Of a stretch of 64,000 bases of DNA, positions 57,901 through 64,000 are shown piece after piece; position 1 is the first letter of the stretch; each line of letters begins with the position of its first letter. The position numbers and the translations under genes were made by a program. Below the pieces are notes generated by a model, which worked only from the letters and a program-made list of their open reading frames with translations, did not search any database and was not told the origin of the DNA. Source of the stretch: Eledone cirrhosa (lineage: Eukaryota); the NCBI GenBank assembly GCA_964016885.1, contig OZ024740.1:215450001-215514000 (forward strand), given 5' to 3'.

Positions 57901-59863
57901 AGGGATAACAAAATATCGTTATAGGTAATCCAGTTAGAGGTTGTGAATACTTCTTATGGATAGTTTTAGCGTACGGGGTTGTTTGACTCAACAAGAGGTT
58001 TACGTAGATGGCGAGTTTATGATTTAACTTGTATTCCTATGTAAGTTTATATTGGAGTAATCAAATTGAAAAAGTGAAGAATAACATGGTCAACAGTACA
58101 AAAAGGGGAATTTATTTACAGTCTAACAATTGTTTCTCTGATTGAGTTGTCTAAAAATTGCTGAACACTAGAAGCAGTGCCACTCAATTTTAAATACGAT
58201 GCTAGCTCAATCATGTCATCAGAAACTGTTATAAAAAATATATAACCGGCAAATCTACAAATTAAAATTACTGCATCAATAATAATATTAGTAATAAAGA
58301 TAGAGAGAGAACAAAAGAAAGAGAGATAGATAAAGGAAAGAAATAAAGAAAGAAAGAAAAAGGAAAAATAAAAAGAAGAAAAAGAAAGCGAAAAAGAAAA
58401 AGTAGAAATGAAAACAGAGAAAGATATAGAGAGAAAAAAAATGTAGAGAAAGGAGGATAGAAAGAGGAGAGAAAAGGATAGAGGAGAAATGACGTAAGAG
58501 AAAAAAAAGAAAAATCGATGGAAAATAATGATATCAACAATAAATGAATAAATGTTAATACATGAATAAATGTAAATAAATAAATAAATGAATAAATAAA
58601 CAAATTATATCGCGTATGATACAAAATGATACAAAATATGAAATATGAAAATATGAAAATATGAAAATATGAAAATATGAAAATAAATAAGTAAAAATGT
58701 GCGAAGAAATTTAAACATATAAAGATTATTGAAAGTGGTTAAAATATAGAGAAATGCGAAGGTATAAATATGATAATGTTAAATATATTTATGTGTGTAT
58801 TGGTTATTTTAATAAATTAATTATATAATTAATTAATTATTTGATTAATTAGTTGTATGTTATATTAGAAGTGAAAATGGTATAAGATAAAATACTAGGG
58901 ATGAAAAAAATTTAGGGAGAGAAATAGAGATAGAAAGATAGAGATACATAAAATATGAATGTAAATATGAGGTTCTGATGTTGGTTCATTGATAGATGGT
59001 GACAATTATAACAATAATGATGATGATGTTATATTATAATAGATCTAAGTGGTACAATTTAGGTTATGGAATAGATAAGATGAATAGAGCTGGTCTAAAG
59101 CTCTCAAATTTAGTCGCCGTTTTATGCCTACAGTAAATAGTTCTTTCAATTTTACTGTTAAGTAGCATTTTGTTGTACTTTAAAATTTGAAAAAGCTCCA
59201 TATTACAAAGACCACAGTGGGACATGCCAATTCAATAGGCCGTTGCTGTTGATAGCTTCGTCCAGCTGATTTTATATTCCATGTTTGTATCTCTGAGTTG
59301 CCAGATTTTATTGGTGAGAGTTGTTGTATTTATGAGCTTCCTGTTATTCATAGAGTGTCTGTGGACATACCACCTTGCCTTAAATTCTCCAGCTGTAGAT
59401 CCTATGTAGTGCCATGCTAAGCTGCTTGAATGTATAGTACATAGGTATACTATATTAGACTCTAGGCATCTATTTTGTAATGGGCATTTGTCAGGTAGAT
59501 GACAATTACATTTAGATGCTTTCCCATGTGCCGGTTCTTCAATATGATTTTGTAAATTGTTATGTATGGGCTGAGAATTGGGTTTGTTGATGTATTGTGG
59601 TGATGTGTTATGACGTGTGTTTGGTTGTGATGATGTTATATGTTTATGTTTTGTATTGGGTGTTATGGTACTTATTTGTATTATAAATTCTTTTATAGTT
59701 AATTTTATGTATGTGCGATTCTATGTTGTTGGCAGTGGAGTATGATAGTTTGATAGTTTTTCTATTAAAAACAAAACTACCTTATACTTTCTTCAAATTA
59801 GTTGACAAACACTTCCCTAAAATTCATAAATATCATAAAATCTTTAATAGAAAAACTATCAAA
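57901..59863 (-). mobile_element. Naiad-like Penelope element, 5'-truncated with a 5' inversion
   Basis: Minus strand: FNRKTIKLSYSTANNI...CNCHLPDKCPLQNRCLESNIVYLC..HYIGSTAGEFKARWYVH..TTLTNKIWQLRD..HCGLC..LLNSKIERTIYCRHK. The upstream linker FFKLVDKHFPKIHKYHKIFNRKTIK lies on the + strand at 59770-59863. Confidence 0.88.
58118..58229 (-). ncRNA. Type I hammerhead ribozyme with about 80-nt stem II
   Basis: acagttt-CTGATGA-ca-tgattgag...ctcaatca-ga-GAAA-caattg-TT-agactgt. Confidence 0.8.
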
Positions 59864-59892
59864 ATTTTTGGAAACTCTGCTTCGAAGAATCG

Positions 59893-59989
59893 AGACGTAT
59901 CTGAGAATCTTGCGATTTCAGAGTCAGGTTCGATCATTGCATCGATCGTGCCTCGAGCTGGTCGCCAGAGAAACGATTGTAATATGTCT
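59893..59989 (+). ncRNA. Hammerhead ribozyme with one core mismatch and long stem II
   Basis: agacgtat-CTGAGAA-tcttgcgat...gtcgccaga-GAAA-cgattg-TA-atatgtct. Stem I pairs over 8 bp. Confidence 0.65.
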
Positions 59990-60031
59990 AATAAGTTTTA
60001 TTCGTCGCACCACTGATTCTCCTTTTCTTAT

Positions 60032-60124
<93 letters not shown>

Positions 60125-60352
60125 CATTCATTTAAATTATTGATGTATTGTTTTATTGATATTTTTTATCTGTTTGTCCCGAATCTTCTATTATCGATTT
60201 TTTATCGTATGGTTGATTGTAGACTTGTTCTATATGTGACGGTATTTTAACGATAGTTATAGCTCTGATTCATCTGAATTATTGAGCCCTCTGCCGCTCA
60301 TTTCGAATTTTGTTTATCGTGAACTCGTGCGCCGATTTTTCGATACTCGATC

Positions 60353-60424
<72 letters not shown>

Positions 60425-60869
60425 GAACTGGTCGGTGTGTTACTATGGCTACTTGATATTGCAGGCGATCAAACAGAAATTCCATCAACAGTGCAACATA
60501 CATGTTCTTCTTTTCTTTCTTTCTCTCTCTTTTGTTTGTGAGGCTGCTATTGAAATCTGTGCATATCTTGTTGTTGCTGTTGTTGTTGTTGTTTTTTGTT
60601 GTTTTTGTAGTCACGAATGTTATTGCCGTTGATCTTGAAGTTGTTGTTGCCATTACTATCGTCAATGTTGTTGTTGTTGTTAAAACAATATTATTGTATG
60701 AAACAGTTCGACAAAATGGACGAGACACTTGCCTTTTGACAACCAGTGTACTTCGGTAAGGTACAAAAGACTCACAGAGTCTTCATCATTATCAAGGATG
60801 AATTGACGGAAAATTAGTTCAGACAAAGAATTCGGTTTTAGCTTGCTCGCAGTTGAATAACTAACTGCA

Positions 60870-61722
60870 GTTCATCACTAAACCTGCCGTGGATATTCTT
60901 TGCCACTAAATATTGCTTGTGAGTCACACCGTGAACTGTTAAAACAGGATTGAAGGTTCAAGTTTTATGAAAGAAGAGAAACCTCTGTATTTACCATAGC
61001 AGCAGCAGCTGTTCCATTAGATGCACAGGCAACAATATTGTTAAATGGGATGTTATGTTCATTAAAATTATCTTCAATAAATTTAAAATAGTTAAGCAAC
61101 AATTGATCAGTAAACATCATTTCCTCAGAAGGTTAAATATTTTCATTAAAAAACTAATATACACCATCATCAAACATTGACTTCCCATAACTGTTTATTC
61201 ATCAACTTGTGTGAAAAAGTCCAGAGATTACAGATGAGTTGATGTTTGATGTGGATAGTTATTTCGTTTACAAAATTGTGCTATTACTAAGTAGAATTGT
61301 CTTGATAACTGCGTCAGGCTTTTTATGCATTACAGTGGCGAGAACTTCTTCAATAACAGGTCGAAGTAATGTTTCTGCTATAGTGTGGGACTTACCGATC
61401 TTTGTGACCAGTAACGCAATGTTGTGTAACGCAATCAACTTGTTATCCAGTTGCGTAGTTGCTTTCTGAAGATCCGAGATCAACGTCTTTCGCTTTTTAA
61501 ATGAGGTCTTAAGTTGTAAGAAATATGACTAGCTTTTCCTTGTGGTCAGCAACTTTAGAATATAAATGGTACTTTAAGGATGAAGGCTTCAGGACTTCAT
61601 TGTTTAAAGTTTGGTTGCACATAAGACACACAGGTAATTGAATGCTCTAAGGAGAAACGATAAACCCATAGGCTAAATAATCAATGTTGTATTGACGACA
61701 ATTTTGCTTAAATAGAAACATT
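60870..61722 (-). pseudogene. hAT Charlie/Buster-type (ZBED5/SCAND3-like) transposase relic
   Basis: Minus strand: CRQYNIDYLAYGF..PVCLMCNQTLNNEVLKPS..IALLVTKIGKSHTIAETLLRP..ILLSNSTI..EEMMF..NIPFNNIVACASNG, with many stops. Possible TIR-like AGGGTTTCCCAGCCT near 62485-62499. Confidence 0.8.
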
Positions 61723-62719
61723 ATGATGTTTAAAAATCGTACAATATACTAAGAAAATAGTAGGAATAATAGATAACAAAACGTTTGTTCAGCAAGATAT
61801 ATTGTTACCCGAAGTCCGTATTCAATAATTCACAAATACGAGAACACAAGAGCGTTGCAATCATTTTGTGATCTTTACAATCTAACTTAAAGTAGTTGTC
61901 TGTTTATATGAGCATAAGCATTGAGCTGTGAACAGGTTGCATCTTGGGATTCTCATATTTCGTCTGGCATTGCAGTCCGTGTCTTCTTGTCCGTTTCTTC
62001 TTGTCTTCATGTCGTCAGAGTTCTTAAAGGTCAAGGTCATCATTTGGGTCAAATTTATGCGTGATCTCTCAGTGTTGGTAGCATTGGTGAATTTACCCGG
62101 AGGTCACCCCTTAATTTTACTGGCACTGGCAAAGTTGTTTTTGGTCTTCCGTTATCTAATTTATATCCCCGAAGAACTATTTCAATGCTAATGACCCTTC
62201 TCAAAACTATTGAAAATACCTGAAATGATCATAGTTTGTAAGTTTGTTTATATGTTATCTAGCAATGTGACCCAGTTATTCCCGCTTAGGTACCTTTTTT
62301 TTAAATACAAGTTCTTTGCACATTTCTTTTGAATATTTTTTTCAGGTAGCATATATTGATATACATTCTTACGACCCAAAATCCTATATCGCCCACCAAA
62401 ATGTCCAATGCCCACCATTTTTGTTCAGTTGCTCATTGCCGAATCCAATAGTTGAACTCGTCCTCCGGTAGGTGATATCACCTAGGCTGGGAAACCCTTC
62501 TTTATATCTACAGAGGTACAGTTAACAACTGGACTCTGGTCAACAAACTATAATTCTTACTTCTTAAATTTCATTATTTCTTCTTCCTCTTTCTTCACCT
62601 CACTTAATCTTCTTTACCTTCCTATTTTCCACAATTTCTTCAGTTATCCCCTCTTATTCGACCTTTCTATCTCTATCTCCTACACTTCTACTTGATAAAC
62701 ATTTTAACTCACATTCAAT

Positions 62720-63231
62720 CACTCCCTCCCTCTCTCTCTCTCTTTCTCTCTATCTCTCCCTCCCCCTATCTCTCTCTCTCTTTCTCTCACCATCTGTTAT
62801 GTCCCATAATATCAATCAGCTTCCAGTCTCATTCCCTTTCTTTCTCTCTTTCTCATCAATATCAGCCCCCCCCTCTCTCTCTCTCTTCATCTTTGAAGTT
62901 ACAACCACCAGTGACACCTCCGCCGCCACCGCCACCATCTCTCCCCCAACCACTACCACCGCCACCACCACCATACCCCCCTCACCACCACCATATCACC
63001 CTCCCCCCACCACCATACCTCCACCCCACCATATCAACAACAACTAAAGTGATTACCTCCACAGTACAACTACAACAACAACCACAACTACTTCAATGCC
63101 AACACCTCTACTACAATAACCACTACGACTACTATCACCACTAATTCACAACCAACAGAACACCACCAACAATACTACTACCACTAACACTAACAACTGC
63201 AGCAATACAGACCAACCACATATATATATCA

Positions 63232-63279
<48 letters not shown>

Positions 63280-63545
63280 ATCTGTCTCTTTCTCTCTCTC
63301 TCACACACGCTCTCCCCCTCTCTCTTTCTCTCTGCCTACCTGTCTTTTTCTCTCTCTCTCACACACACTCTCTCTCTCTCTCTCTTTCTCTCTGCCTACC
63401 TGTCTCTTTCTCTCTCTCTCTCACACACACATTCTCTCTCTCACACACACTCTCTCTCTCTCTCTCTCTTTCTCTCTGCCTACCTGTCTCTTTGTCTCTC
63501 TCTCACTTCTCTCTCTCTCTCTTTGCTTATCTCTCTCTATCTGAA

Positions 63546-63594
<49 letters not shown>

Positions 63595-64000
63595 GTCTAC
63601 CTGTCTCTTTGTCTATCTCTCACTTCTCTCTCTCTCTTTTTGCTTATCTCTCTCGATCTGAATCTCTCTCTCTGCCTCTCTCGCCCCCCCCCTTCTCTCT
63701 ACCTATATCTCTATCTGTCAGCCTCTCTACTTCTCTCTCTATCTCACACACACACACTCTCTCTCTCTCTGCCTATCTCTGTCTCTCACATACACACACA
63801 CCCTCTCTCTTTACCCCGCTCTCTCTTTCTCTCTCTCACGCACACACTCTTTCTCTGCCCCTCTCTCTCTACCTTTCTCTTTGTCTCTCTACCTATATCT
63901 CTATCTGTCATCCTCTCTGCCTCTCTCTCTCTTTCCCTGTCCTTCTACCTATCTGTCTCTCACATTCTCTCACTCCCTCTCTCCCTCCCTCTCTACCCCT
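62720..64000. repeat. Low-complexity (CCA/ACA)n and (CT)n-based degenerate minisatellite
   Basis: CCA-rich tract at 62905-63220, then repeated CTCT..CTGCCTACCTGTCTCTTT units. Confidence 0.9.

Noticed and set aside
59232-59236. In-frame TGA in the Naiad-like endonuclease as selenocysteine
   Set aside because: It is not at a conserved Cys position, both copies have SYST and ordinary Cys codons at the conserved sites, and decay is the simpler explanation.

Overview
Repeat-rich animal DNA, probably cephalopod/octopus (inferred from the SINE families and microsatellite style). No intact host gene is visible. Bases 1-23.4 kb are one giant (GTT)n-derived minisatellite with internal higher-order duplications. 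The other 40 kb are nested mobile DNA: two decayed Tx1/L1-clade LINE copies lying tail-to-tail, four non-autonomous Helitrons, tRNA-derived SINEs, a hAT MITE, a Charlie/Buster transposase relic and a CRE-like fragment. There are also four 3' fragments of Penelope-like elements (PLEs) encoding GIY-YIG endonuclease, three of them Naiad-like. The strongest hidden signal is about 20 type-I hammerhead ribozyme (HHR) motifs between 24.8 and 60 kb, about 10 with complete cores. Nearly all sit in small (TA)n-flanked elements. Many of these elements are fold-back palindromes that turn inside the ribozyme, and two have the host flank copied in inverted form across the (TA)n target. All coordinates and pairings were read by eye.
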